The notes under the pieces: model-generated
Databases searched by the model: none
What the model was told of the DNA's origin: nothing
What the model saw: the letters and a program-made list of their open reading frames with translations, nothing else
DNA from: Octopus vulgaris
Taxonomy: Eukaryota
Reading direction: 5' to 3'
DNA: 64,000 bases
Assembly (NCBI GenBank): GCA_951406725.2
Contig: OX597820.1
Coordinates: 53,320,001 to 53,384,000 of the forward strand
Position numbers and translations under genes: made by a program
In this document: in pieces, positions 42,113 through 64,000 of the stretch
How positions within the stretch are numbered: the stretch's first letter is position 1
How the letters are laid out: each line of letters starts with the position of its first letter

Positions 42113-42860
42113 TATTGTAGTCTCTTCGTGCAAATTTTCACCATTCGTAGCAGGTATATGTTTACGGCTACACTTTCCAAACCAAATCGATTTTGGTTAC
42201 TTCATTTGAGACTTCAGCTCCACTATGACAAAAACTACGATTTTAACAATCAGGCTAAAATAATTTTCGAGATATCTAACTGTCATCAACCTGAAGAGGT
42301 AAGCAGTATTTGCAATTTATGCTGTAAAAAAGCAGATATACAGGAGTTATAGTAAGCAAGTATGAGATGTATCATTCATTAGGACCGAAAAATGACTTCG
42401 AAGAATGCCAATTGTTCAGAGGGAATAATAAAAACCGAAATATACGTCTACAACTCAGTCGAAACAAAAAATGATATTGCTTTTTGCTTCTCGATATTTT
42501 CAGAAATGGAGTTTTGTACAATACACAAGTCACCGATGACTAGGTGTTGGATTTATTTATATTCTAGTGTGGAGAAGAAAAATATGACAACTTCTTTAAT
42601 TTTCTTAAGAAGAACCAGACTAAAAGTACTGCTCATGAACGTCTAACCATAGGTGAGCCATTTTGAAAATAAAATTTCCGGATTATTCTGTATTTATTGC
42701 TGAACTACTCTAATTCTTTGTAAATCAGAGAGAAACTCGGCATCAAATTGTATGTATATGTGTATGTATGTATGTATGTATGTATGTATGTATGCATGCA
42801 TGTATGTAGGTGTGTATGTATGCATACCTGTATGTGCGTGTGTATGTATATATGCCTGCA

Positions 42861-43045
42861 CCGCCATGTTAGATCGTTAGCCACAACACACATTTTTTTC
42901 TCTCCTTGTTTTTTCTGTGTCCCTTTCTGTAGAAGAGCGTAGGCTCGAAACGTAAAAGACTTTTTCTATTCCTGAACGTTATACTAATACATCTGTTTGT
43001 TTTGTACACCACCTGTCTTCGTCTTTTGTTTTTTTCATAAACTCT

Positions 43046-43050
<5 letters not shown>
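42861..43050 (+). mobile_element. (TA)n-terminated element end with a hammerhead-like core (Penelope-like remnant)
   Basis: CTTT-CTGTAGA-A-GAGC-GTAG-GCTC-GAAAC-GTA-AAAG at 42923-42958. Confidence 0.45.
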
Positions 43051-43115
<65 letters not shown>

Positions 43116-43374
43116 TGTTTAAGAACGAAGCAGCACTATTAGTATCAAATAACATTCGCTATATCCTACTTAATGTGGATATACTTTAAGAACTTCGATT
43201 TTCGACTTCAGAAAGCATCTCGTGTAGACATAAAATGCTAAAAGGTTCACTGATACTTCTGTGCTTTTTCACAGTATACGAACTGCATTCTTAAATTCAT
43301 AAAGCATATCCCGTGAATGAAGGCTATGAATATTGATATATCTATGCTGTAGACAGACAGACAGACAGACAGAC

Positions 43375-43455
<81 letters not shown>

Positions 43456-44001
43456 TGACTGAAGGAAAATTTTATAGAAATACATATATACATTCAAACC
43501 TCCATACATTCATATATTCATATATGCATGAACGCATACATTCATACATATATGCATATACGCATACATAGATACCTACCAACCTACCTACCTATCTAAT
43601 TACCCATCTGCCTGCCTACATACATACGTATGTATGTATGACAGACTGATAGACAAACAGACATAAATACATACAAAATACGTATGTATGTAAGTATGTA
43701 TGTATGTATGTATATATACATATATATATATGTGGGTGTGTGCGTGTGTGTGTGCGTGTGTGCGTGCGAATGTGTGTGTATAATGGTCACAGGATAGCGA
43801 AAAACTTCTAGAAGCGACGGATAGAATCATCGTTTTCGAACGAATAAACTCCACCTTGTATCTACATATTGATTATTTCATATTCCTTTTGAACATTCAA
43901 AAGTTTGCGGGTGTATATATGTGTGTTCTGCCTGTTTATTCACATCCATGCATAACACACACATACACACACACCTACACATGCACACATACATATATAT
44001 A

Positions 44002-44072
<71 letters not shown>

Positions 44073-44132
44073 ATGTATATAAACATATTTTGTGTGTGTG
44101 TGTGTGTGTGTAGTTTGTATATAGACATATTT

Positions 44133-44174
<42 letters not shown>

Positions 44175-44754
44175 GCATGTATGCATATATCTATATATAT
44201 ATAAGAATAAATAAGAATATATAAGAATAACTGATAGCGATGGAACCAACGAACCCATTGGTTGCTAGGCGACGGCATTACCGATTACACAACAGAACAC
44301 GTGCTAATGCCTTCATCTCTCAAATTTAGGCATTTAAATTTTATTCTATTTTGCATATTTTTTCTTAATCTGCTATATTTATCTCCCCAAGATTTTAATT
44401 GTTCAATTACTTACTGTAGCAGAACATGTAACAGTCCAACTTCAAATGTACGTGTGTGTGTGTATGTATGCAAGTATGTGTGTGAACGTGCATGGATATG
44501 TGTGCGTGGTTGCGCGTGCGTGCATGTGTTTGCTTGTGCGATCGCAAGTAGGCACTGACGCGCAGGCAAAACCTTTGAAAGTGTTAATAGGATACAGAAA
44601 ATAAAGAATAATGATGTATAGAATAGAGCTGGTGGTTCACACTGTCGCATCTTTGAGTTCCCCACTATAGTGTGCCGATTTAGTTTTTTTTTTTTTTTTG
44701 TCACCAGGAAACTAGGGGTGACGTTGCAACGAATAGGTGACGTCGAGTGAATAT

Positions 44755-44980
44755 ACGCGAGCTTGCACAATCGTTAGCACGTCGGGCGAAATGCATAGCC
44801 TATTTCGTCTGCCGTTACGTTGCGAGTTCAAATTCCGCCGAGGTCGACTTTGCCTTTCATCCTTTCGGGGTCGATAAATTAAGTACCAGTTACGCACTGG
44901 AGTCGATGAAATCGACTTAATTCGTTCGTCTGTCCTTGTTTGTCTCCTCTGTGTTTAGCCCCTTGTGGGCAATAAAGAAA
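44755..44980 (+). mobile_element. SINE family A
   Basis: Full core and TAGCCCCTTGTGGGCAATAAAG tail. Confidence 0.88.
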
Positions 44981-45058
44981 TATATACGAGTACGCATATC
45001 TGAGTCCTTCTGTTTAAATCTATATAGTATATAAATCTACATATATTCGGTGTGAGTG

Positions 45059-45683
45059 GTTTTGTTATACGGTGCCGTATTTTACAATCCTGTAAATAAT
45101 AATAATGATATTTTTATATAAACTTAAAGCTTATGGCGATCACCATGCAATGCCTACGGAAAATAGTCTAATGACGGGGCATATAAGCCCCTGACAGAAA
45201 AAAAAGAAAACTTTTCCTATCCGCGTGTGACACGAACCTACATCCCGTTGTTAATGCGACTAAGTGTGTTAACTTTAGACTAACGAATTAGCCTCCCAGT
45301 TTCTTTCGAACTTAAGAACTATATTAGTTCGTATTGGGCGGCGAGCTGGCAGAAACGTTAGCATGCCGGGCGAAATACGTAGCCGTATTTCGTCTGCCGT
45401 TACGTTCTGAGTTCAAATTCCGCCGAGGTCGACTTTTCCTTTCATCCTTTCGGGGTCTATAAATTAAGTACCAGTTACGTACAGGGGTCGATGTAATTGA
45501 CTTAATCCGTTTGTCTGTCCTTGTTTGTCTCCTCTGTGTTTAGCCCCTTGTGGGTAGTAAAGAAATATATATTAGTTCGTATTTGTTTATGTAAATAAAC
45601 TTACTATATGCTTCCGATGCGAATTGTTTTGTTATACGGTGCCGTATTTTACAATCGTGTAAATAATAATAATAGTATTTTTT
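45059..45683. mobile_element. ~319-bp terminally redundant unit with a tRNA-like module, interrupted by a SINE A
   Basis: ~55-bp direct repeat GTTTTGTTATACGGTGCCGTATTTTACAATC at 45059 and 45626; tRNA-like segment on the minus strand ~45221-45292 (GGTTCGTGTC) followed by a T-run. Confidence 0.55.
45336..45567 (+). mobile_element. SINE family A, full length with 16-bp TSD
   Basis: TSD TATATTAGTTCGTATT at 45320-45335 and 45568-45583. Confidence 0.92.
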
Positions 45684-45689
45684 GGTATC

Positions 45690-45847
45690 TCGTTTCTCTA
45701 TTTGTTTCTTTCGTTGTTCGGTTCCGGTTTCTCATTTTGTTCAGGTTTTTTTGACGTCCTGTAACCATATATGCATGTATATATATACATATATATGCAG
45801 GTATGTGTGTATATATGCATGTATATATGCATATATATATAAATATA

Positions 45848-45913
<66 letters not shown>

Positions 45914-46345
45914 TATATATATATACATATATATATTATTTATGTTATTATATGATCAAACGCCACACATCCATTTCCAAGTAATTTTTATCTTAATAAT
46001 TCCGATGCGCACTCTACAATGTCCTGTTTTTATCACCACTTTAACACTCCGCAAATCCCAATGTTTTTTTTAATTTGCTTTAGAGGAAGGACTGTTTTAA
46101 CAGAGTCGCGTCTTGTCCCTACCTTCGAAACGTGGAGTAGATAAAACAAGGGAAGACTGATGACTGATGAAGGGAATGTTCTTTATGTTGCCTGTCTAGT
46201 TTCTCTATTTGTTTCTTTCGATGTTCGAAAAAAGGTTAGTTTTCCATGTTTCTGTATTATATGTTCTCGTTTCTCATTTTGTTCACGTTTTTTTTGACGT
46301 CCTGTACCCATATATGCATGTATATATACATATATATGTAGGTAT
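45690..46345. mobile_element. (TA)n-associated element with a duplicated terminus
   Basis: TTTCTCTATTTGTTTCTTTCG...GACGTCCTGTA(A/C)CCATATATGCATG occurs at ~45693-45780 and ~46200-46320. Confidence 0.55.
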
Positions 46346-46366
46346 GTACGGATATGTATGCATATA

Positions 46367-46415
<49 letters not shown>

Positions 46416-46537
46416 TATGCATATATTATATATATATATGCATATATTTATATATATATATATATATATAAATATATATTTATGCATATTATATATATAT
46501 ATATGCATATATTTATATATATATACATGCATATATT

Positions 46538-46575
<38 letters not shown>

Positions 46576-47832
46576 CATATACATAGATATATGCATATAT
46601 ATACGTATATATATATATACGTGTATATATATTCATATGTAAATACATACATATATAAATATATATTTACATTTATATGTATATATGTATAATTATAAAC
46701 ATGTTTGCAGGTGTGTCTCCGATTGTATACATTAATGTTTCAATGTATGGTTGTATATATACATATATGTATGTATACATCTATGTTCTATGCATCTAAG
46801 TATCATAGTTTCTAAGCAGCTCTTTTTCAACACGTCCTTCAACTATAAACAATGTGTATTGTGTTTGTTTAGCTGTGCTATTATTATATAATTACTACTT
46901 TGTTTCTTTCACATCATTTTTTTCCCGTTCATATTGTTTGTTATATCTCTATGTAAATCTAGCATGGAAGTATGTTTAGATATATACAACATTCTCTTTG
47001 CTATGGATATCATTTTCTACACATGTGGTAAAACATACTCCACATACTCCAATACTAATCAATATTGCTACATTTACCAGTCACATTCCCACTTCACATG
47101 CACTCTCTAAACCTACCGTAACCCACTCACAAAAGTACTGATTGATTCGCGCTTTCTTCCCTCAATGCTGATGGTTTTTAAACATGATATATTGTTCACG
47201 AAATTCCTGTCTTATATTCCGCCATCGTTTTGACCTGCCAGGGTAAGGTCACCTATGTGGTCGAACGCTCTATTAGGAAGAACAGCTACATTTCTATCAA
47301 ATTCATACTCCACTCCAACTCTTTAGTAAAAGATTTATTGAATAATGTGGACTGGTACTCGCATCATAGAGGGAAAAGCGATGGAGTAGTCGCGGTTAGA
47401 GTGTTCATATTTACACATCTAAAAAACGAAATTAACACCATTACTCAACCACGATTTTTTATGTGGTTAATCCAGCTGCTAGAAATTGTAACTATATTAT
47501 CTTCAATGTACTCTCTGCTATTTGAAATTAGGAAAAGACACAATGGATGAGGTAGTCTTATAAGTCGTGATCATCAAAGCAAAAATGCTTCGCATCAAAG
47601 GTCTGTTCGATGAGAGTTAACTTGGGACTAAAATTAACAGCAACAAAAGCAACGACAGTAATCGATATACTATGTTGCGTTACGACATTATTTACTCATC
47701 CCTAGCTCTCATATAGCGACATTGCAAAGCTAATGCATTTCTATCGCAGCTGTGCAACATTCGCCTAAAATGCGGGCCCTACACAAACTACGGTCGTTTT
47801 CCGTTAAATCTCACACCACTCTCCGTTAGACA

Positions 47833-48233
47833 TCTTTATATATAAAAGTGAAGTTGTGTGTCTGTCTCCTACCATTTAGATTCCTAACTACTCCCACATT
47901 TTGCGGTGCAGTTTAACCAAAACCGGGTATCTTATAGTCGTGATTCATATCGAGCCCTTCTGGGTATTAGCGCGCGTCTACGATGAGTCTACGATTTAAA
48001 AAAAAAATTACCATCATTTTCTTCCATTTTAATGCATTTTTTCCGTCGCTATTATATAAGGGAAGTAACTCTCTAAAGATGTGTACGACGAGTCAACGAT
48101 TTAAAAAAAAATTTACCATCATTTTTGTCCATTTTTAATGCATTTGTTTGCTATTTTTTGGCTATAACTCTCTAAAAATGCTTATATAGTTATTTCCCTT
48201 ACAAACCCGAGCAACGCCGGGTGATACTGCTAG
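47833..48233 (+). mobile_element. Non-autonomous Helitron
   Basis: A|TC start; 3' hairpin ACCCG-AGCAACGC-CGGGT then CTAG|T; no TSD; internal ~105-bp tandem repeat. Confidence 0.8.
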
Positions 48234-48664
48234 TATTTAATAAACATCTACTGTAAGCAAAGCCGTTAACAATGACGTTATCGAGATAACGTCAACCTAC
48301 GTCAGTCACAAAAAAGCTAACTTACATTATCAACTGTCAAGGAAATCATTTCTCATAAATGCATTTTTCTATCCTCAATTTTTTTCTGTCCTCAATAACT
48401 CTCAAAGAACGCTCTCTTTTTTCAATTAATTTCCTTTTTTTCTGAAACGTTCTCAATTAAAAAGGCCCCAGTTCTCGATCAAGGCTAAACTAAGATGAAA
48501 TGTTATTACTGGCCATCATCCAGCCTCGTTTGGCTTTAATCTCCTTTATCTTCCTCACAACAAACATCATCTGCTGTCAATCACCATTAGTCATCATACG
48601 CTACCTTAGTTCCACATCCTTTATCATCAACAGCCGGGGTGTAGTAAGAAGCTTGCTTTCCAGC

Positions 48665-48852
48665 CACGTGTTTAGCCCCTTGTGGGTAGTAAAGAAATAG
48701 GTATTTCGTCTGTCTTTACGTTCCGAGTTTAAATTCCGCTGAGGTCGACTTTGCCTTTCATCTCTTCGGGGTCGATAAATTAAGTACCATTTGCGTACTC
48801 TAATCGACTGGCCCCTACCTCCAAAATTTCGGGCCTTGTTCCTACAGTAGAA
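48665..48852 (+). mobile_element. SINE family A (tail fused to a head-truncated unit)
   Basis: GTAAAGAAATAGGTATTTCGTCTG junction plus core. Confidence 0.8.
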
Positions 48853-48869
48853 AAAAAAAGGGTACATTT

Positions 48870-49560
48870 CTCGCTACAATGTATGGGTCTCTTACAAACT
48901 CTCAGAAAAGAATTGCTTGGACCGGTATTCTATTTGAGATATGCTTTTGAAACGGAATGAAAGCATGTCTTACTTGATGCAACTTGTGCCTGGAGATAAA
49001 AAAATGGATTGCGTATGAAAACATAGTGCGAAAAAGATCCTGGAGTTTGCGTAAGGATCCCCCAAAAGAGAAACCAAAGGTGAATGTCCAATCGAAGACA
49101 GCTATGCTTTGTGTTTAGTTGGATCATAAGGGCATTAGTTATTATGAGCTTCTCCCACAAAACCAGACCATTAATTCTTATGTGTACCGTCGCCAATTGG
49201 CTAATTTGAACAAATAAAAAATCAAAGAATTGAGGCCGAAGATTGGCAACAGTAAAGGGGTAGTGTTTAAACAAGACAAAGCTTGACCACATGTGTTTTG
49301 GCTACCCGAACAAAGTTACATGAATTTGGTTGGGATCTCTTACATCATCCATGATATTCTTCTGGTATTGTGCCACCCGACTACCACTTGTTTTTGTCTC
49401 TACAGAACTCATTACAAGGAAAAACATTTAACTACTTAGATGCTTAATGACTTTGATGCGAAAAGGATTTAATGACTTAGGTGCAAAAATGCATCTAGAT
49501 AACTCTTTTTTCTTCAAAACCAGTCAAATTTTATGCTGATGAAATATTTAAATTGCTTTC
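48870..49560 (+). pseudogene. Mariner (DD34D) transposase remnant
   Basis: DMLLKRNE...LVPGDKKWIAYENIVRKRSW; KGISYYELLPQNQTINS; GVVFKQDKA*PH; GWDLLHHP*YSSGIVPPDYHLF (cf. HPPYSPDLAPSDYHLF); multiple stops. Confidence 0.9.
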
Positions 49561-49740
49561 GGGCAGAGTGAATTGCCTTCGTGGTGTTGTTTTTCTCACA
49601 GACAGTGCCCAACTGACCCTAGTATACATTCTAGACGACAGAAGCAAAAAGCACACAATGCGCATGTGCGAAATTGAACATATAAAATGGCGAGAATTTA
49701 CCCATTGCAGGTGTATATTTGTGTGAGTGTGCGTGTGAGC

Positions 49741-49806
<66 letters not shown>

Positions 49807-50058
49807 ATCTTACTTGATTCAGTTTTCAGTCATTGAACTTCGGCCATGCTGAAGCACAACCCTGAAGTGTTTACTCGAACACATAAGTCCCAATAACTTA
49901 CTTTTTAAGTCTGGTACTAATTGTATAAGCTCTTTTGCCGAACCGCTAAGTTGCGGGTGCTAAAAAACTCCAACTTACTCACTAAACACACACCAACACA
50001 CACATACACATACATACTCACACATACACACAAACACACACACACATTAACACATATT

Positions 50059-50279
50059 TACGGAGGGGCACAAAAAAGTTCCTGGCTTCAAGGGTATCGC
50101 GAAAGGCCTAGCTGAAGGCCCAAACTTCTGAGTTCTTTAACAGGGTTTAAAAAAACTGAAGGACAGCTGCAGTTAGTGTGTGAACCTGAGAGGGGATCAT
50201 GTTAATTAAAATCATGCTTAACTGATCCTCAAGTATTTACTTTTACCCTGAGCCAGGACCTTTTCAATACACTCTCGTA
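50059..50279. mobile_element. Mariner-derived MITE
   Basis: Imperfect TIRs TACGGAGGGGCACAAAAAAGTTCCTGGCT / AGCCAGGACCTTTTCAATACACTCTCGTA bounded by TA. Confidence 0.7.
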
Positions 50280-50502
50280 TGTGGCAAGTCTATTCACCAG
50301 AGGATCTAGCAAGTGGCGCCTCATCTTAATGATTACTATCGACATTATTACTATCGACAAGAAGGCACCGAATCGGCGTGCATTCTTTCCTAGCAGTGTC
50401 TGGTATGCGAAGCTTTCAACTGGACGCACTTCTATCTGCAAGTTATTTGCAATATATATATATATGTATATACATATACCTAAAGATATATATATATATA
50501 TA

Positions 50503-50835
50503 TTGGTAAAACGGTAAGATAACAAAAGAAAGAAAGAGACCTCAATATTATGTAAATAGAGGAAATTTATCTATACAATAATATGTTACATTACTCGATA
50601 GTCAAGATAAAACTCTGAGTTTCAGATGCCGAAGTGGAAATCCACAACACCATCTCTTCGGTTATCTGGCTATTTTGGATTATCGCCTAACATCGGTTGA
50701 GGACTCTCACACACAGAAGAATTTAATATGTAAGAAAATAGCCAGATAACCGAAGAGATGGTGTTGTGGATTTCCACTTCGGCATCTGAAACTCAGAGTT
50801 TTATCTTGACTATCGAGTAATGAAACATATTATTG

Positions 50836-50896
<61 letters not shown>

Positions 50897-51046
50897 TATG
50901 TGAGCAAGATATAAACAGTAGCAATACGGAATCGTAACATATAGTTGCCAACCAAGTGTGGCGCTCTATACGAGACAGTGCTACTGACGATTATAGCCCC
51001 AGGATGACATATCTCCCAGCTGGCTAACGACACACATTCTGTGTCC
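50503..51046. mobile_element. Penelope-like/retrozyme-type element with a 104-bp palindrome
   Basis: Arms 50573-50676 / 50735-50838 (103/104 paired), homologous to 5118-5205; 50940-51046 homologous to 5222-5322; (TA)n on both sides. Confidence 0.7.
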
Positions 51047-51050
51047 TATG

Positions 51051-51153
<103 letters not shown>

Positions 51154-51179
51154 GTGTGTGTATGTGTGTGTGTGCGTAT

Positions 51180-51400
51180 AGTCTTTTATACTTTTACTTG
51201 TTTCAGTTATTTGATTGTGGTCATGCTGGAGCATCACCTTCAAGGGTCTTTTAATCGATGAAATCGATCCCAGGACTTACTCTTTGTAAGTGTAGCTCTT
51301 ACTCTATTGTTCTTTTTTCTAAGTGACTGGGACGTAAACAGACCAACATCGGTTGTCAAGTGAGAGTAGGGGTACAAATACAGATAGAAAAACACACATA
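51180..51400 (-). mobile_element. SINE family B 3' half
   Basis: Reverse complement of the family B tail. Confidence 0.75.
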
Positions 51401-51437
51401 AAAATATACATACACACACTCACACACACATACATAT

Positions 51438-51579
<142 letters not shown>

Positions 51580-51848
51580 TAGAGATAAAACCACTATTAT
51601 GCAACTCAAACAGTGATAGACATAACCAATACATAAATAACTGCAATTCATTTTCAGCCAAACGTTTACCAATTTCAAAGGATTTCACTCAAATTTGACG
51701 TCGATGTTACTTAGTTTGGTTTGAAATAAAGAGCTTGATTAGCTTAATAATCCTAACTTAATCCCGAGCAAAGCCGCACTATACTGCTAGTCTTATAAAT
51801 ATTTATTTTGTAATAAAATACTTACTGCTGGCAGACTTTTTGAACACC

Positions 51849-51900
<52 letters not shown>

Positions 51901-52669
51901 GTATGTATGTATGTATTAAGTACGTACGTATGCATGTTCGTATATAATCTTACATACAATTTCCATCTTTTCATCTACTAAATTCATTCACACGGCATTG
52001 GTCGAATTAGGGAGGTAGTAGAAGACACCCGAAATCACGTGGTTGGAAAAGCATACAGTCATGCCTGTATACGCACGTACGCATGCACGAACACACACAT
52101 ATACACACACACACACACATGCACATATGTTACTTTAACAGGTTTCAGCCATCCAAATATTACCCGAAAGGATCACTGCAAGCACCACCATCCCACATTA
52201 ACCAGCTTCAACTGCACACATCCTCATTGTCACTCCATCACCATCTCGACTACCTGCACATTAACTATCAGTTCAAACAAAATGTGCTTTCAATGAAACG
52301 GGCAGTTTACCTGTCATGCGATTGCACCATAACAAAACAGGAAAAGTAAGTGAAAGGGGGTTAATACAGAAATTAAAATGTCTGTGTGTGTTCATGTGCA
52401 GAAATGTTTATGATTAACCCTAGGTAAAGCCTTGTAGGACATCCCTTCAATCTAAAACACACTAATCCTGATCATGTCATATTTTATTGCATATGAGAGA
52501 CTATATGGTTAAAGGTGTTCTATTCTTAAAGCAGCTTGACGTCGTTTGGAGAAGATAGGGAGAGTGACTACGTGTCTGCACCCATATTGCCTTGCTGTGT
52601 ATATGTGAGTTTAACGTGCGCATGTATACGGGTGTATGTATACGAATGTGAATTTAACCTACGTATGTA

Positions 52670-58640
<5,971 letters not shown>

Positions 58641-58699
58641 TACATATGTAAGTGTATAAGTATATACACATGTGGTTATATGCTATGTGCGCCGAGTAC

Positions 58700-63233
<4,534 letters not shown>

Positions 63234-64000
63234 ATGACCTTAGTTAGACGTAACGGTGTTTGCAAGGTTCTTGTATTTCTTTTTCTTCTAATAGCCCACA
63301 TAGCCCCAAGTTATCATTATCAGTTTTACGAGACGTTGTCAAACAAAGGCAGTTCCCCTACGATTGGAATAAACCCCAGACTTGACGATCAAAGGAATAA
63401 GTCCACGCCGATCCTTCGGACAGTGAAAACATTGGATTATATACAAGGTTCTTCAGAAAAGGAAGCAGATACTACTACATACTTAAACGGAAGTAAATCG
63501 AGTATTAAGGATCTTAAAACAGGCAGCGTCGACAGTGAATTGAATGTAAATAGGGTGGAGATATCTGACAAAGCCCCGAATAATAGAAATGTTGGTGGGC
63601 TTAATAAAGAGCAAGAGCGGAATAATACATACCCAGAAGAAAATAACGTCGGCGTTATTGGTAACGATAAGCCGTATAACAATGGCGCCATTTTTTCACG
63701 CAAACGCCTTACCACTAGAATCAAAGAGAGGGCTCTCATCAACCCACATGTTATTGATACACTTAGGTATAAATCAAAAGATCTGGCCGCGGTCCAAAAG
63801 GAAAACGAACCTTTTAGAGTGTCTCCAACAGACATTAAACACCAAATAGATGTTACAGGAATTTACAATGATATTTCATCTGTACCAACACGTTCAGCAA
63901 TACAGTCAAATGTATTGGACAGACCCGTACCCTTCGTAAAACCCGTTTTTACTCTTCCTGTGATACCGAAACCAACAAAAGGATTGGAGAAAACTGATTT
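63234..64000 (+). CDS. N-terminal part (at least 255 aa, open at the window edge) of a secreted or membrane protein of unrecognised family
   Basis: Hand translation MTLVRRNGVCKVLVFLFLLIAHIAPSYHYQFYETLSNKG...VKPVFTLPVIPKPTKGLEKTD with no stop in 255 codons of non-repetitive AT-rich DNA; in-frame TAG at 63213; signal-peptide-like N-terminus; sequons NKS, NGS, NNT. Confidence 0.82.
   Translation, partial: MTLVRRNGVCKVLVFLFLLIAHIAPSYHYQFYETLSNKGSSPTIGINPRLDDQRNKSTPILRTVKTLDYIQGSSEKEADTTTYLNGSKSSIKDLKTGSVDSELNVNRVEISDKAPNNRNVGGLNKEQERNNTYPEENNVGVIGNDKPYNNGAIFSRKRLTTRIKERALINPHVIDTLRYKSKDLAAVQKENEPFRVSPTDIKHQIDVTGIYNDISSVPTRSAIQSNVLDRPVPFVKPVFTLPVIPKPTKGLEKTD

Noticed and set aside
45336-45425. 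tRNA-like heads of SINEs as functional tRNA genes
   Set aside because: No complete cloverleaf; they continue into SINE cores and have TSDs.
63437-63849. Listed ORFs 63437..63835 (minus) and 63589..63849 (plus)
   Set aside because: Shadow frames of the longer ORF starting at 63234.

Overview
AT-rich, repeat-dominated eukaryotic DNA. The dense (TA)n/(TAGA)n/(CA)n microsatellites and several tRNA-derived SINE families suggest an octopod cephalopod genome (inference from recalled repeat consensus, not a search). Nearly all ORFs in the supplied track are microsatellite translations. Supported features: a fairly young 5'-truncated CR1/L2-group LINE (5.8-7.6 kb, minus); fossil R4/Dong-like retrotransposons; mariner and probable hAT remnants; two non-autonomous Helitrons; many SINEs; and several (TA)n-embedded fold-back elements carrying minimal type I hammerhead ribozyme motifs (Penelope-like/retrozyme type). 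The only convincing host gene is missing from the ORF track because it runs off the window: an ORF from 63234 to beyond 64000 encoding a signal-peptide protein of unrecognised family, probably preceded by promoter/5'UTR sequence from about 58.7 kb. Most notable observations: the hammerhead-bearing palindromic elements, two ~315-bp terminally redundant units pairing a tRNA-like module with a hammerhead-like relic, a LINE/SINE pair sharing a covarying 3' hairpin, and a cryptic 286-bp satellite.
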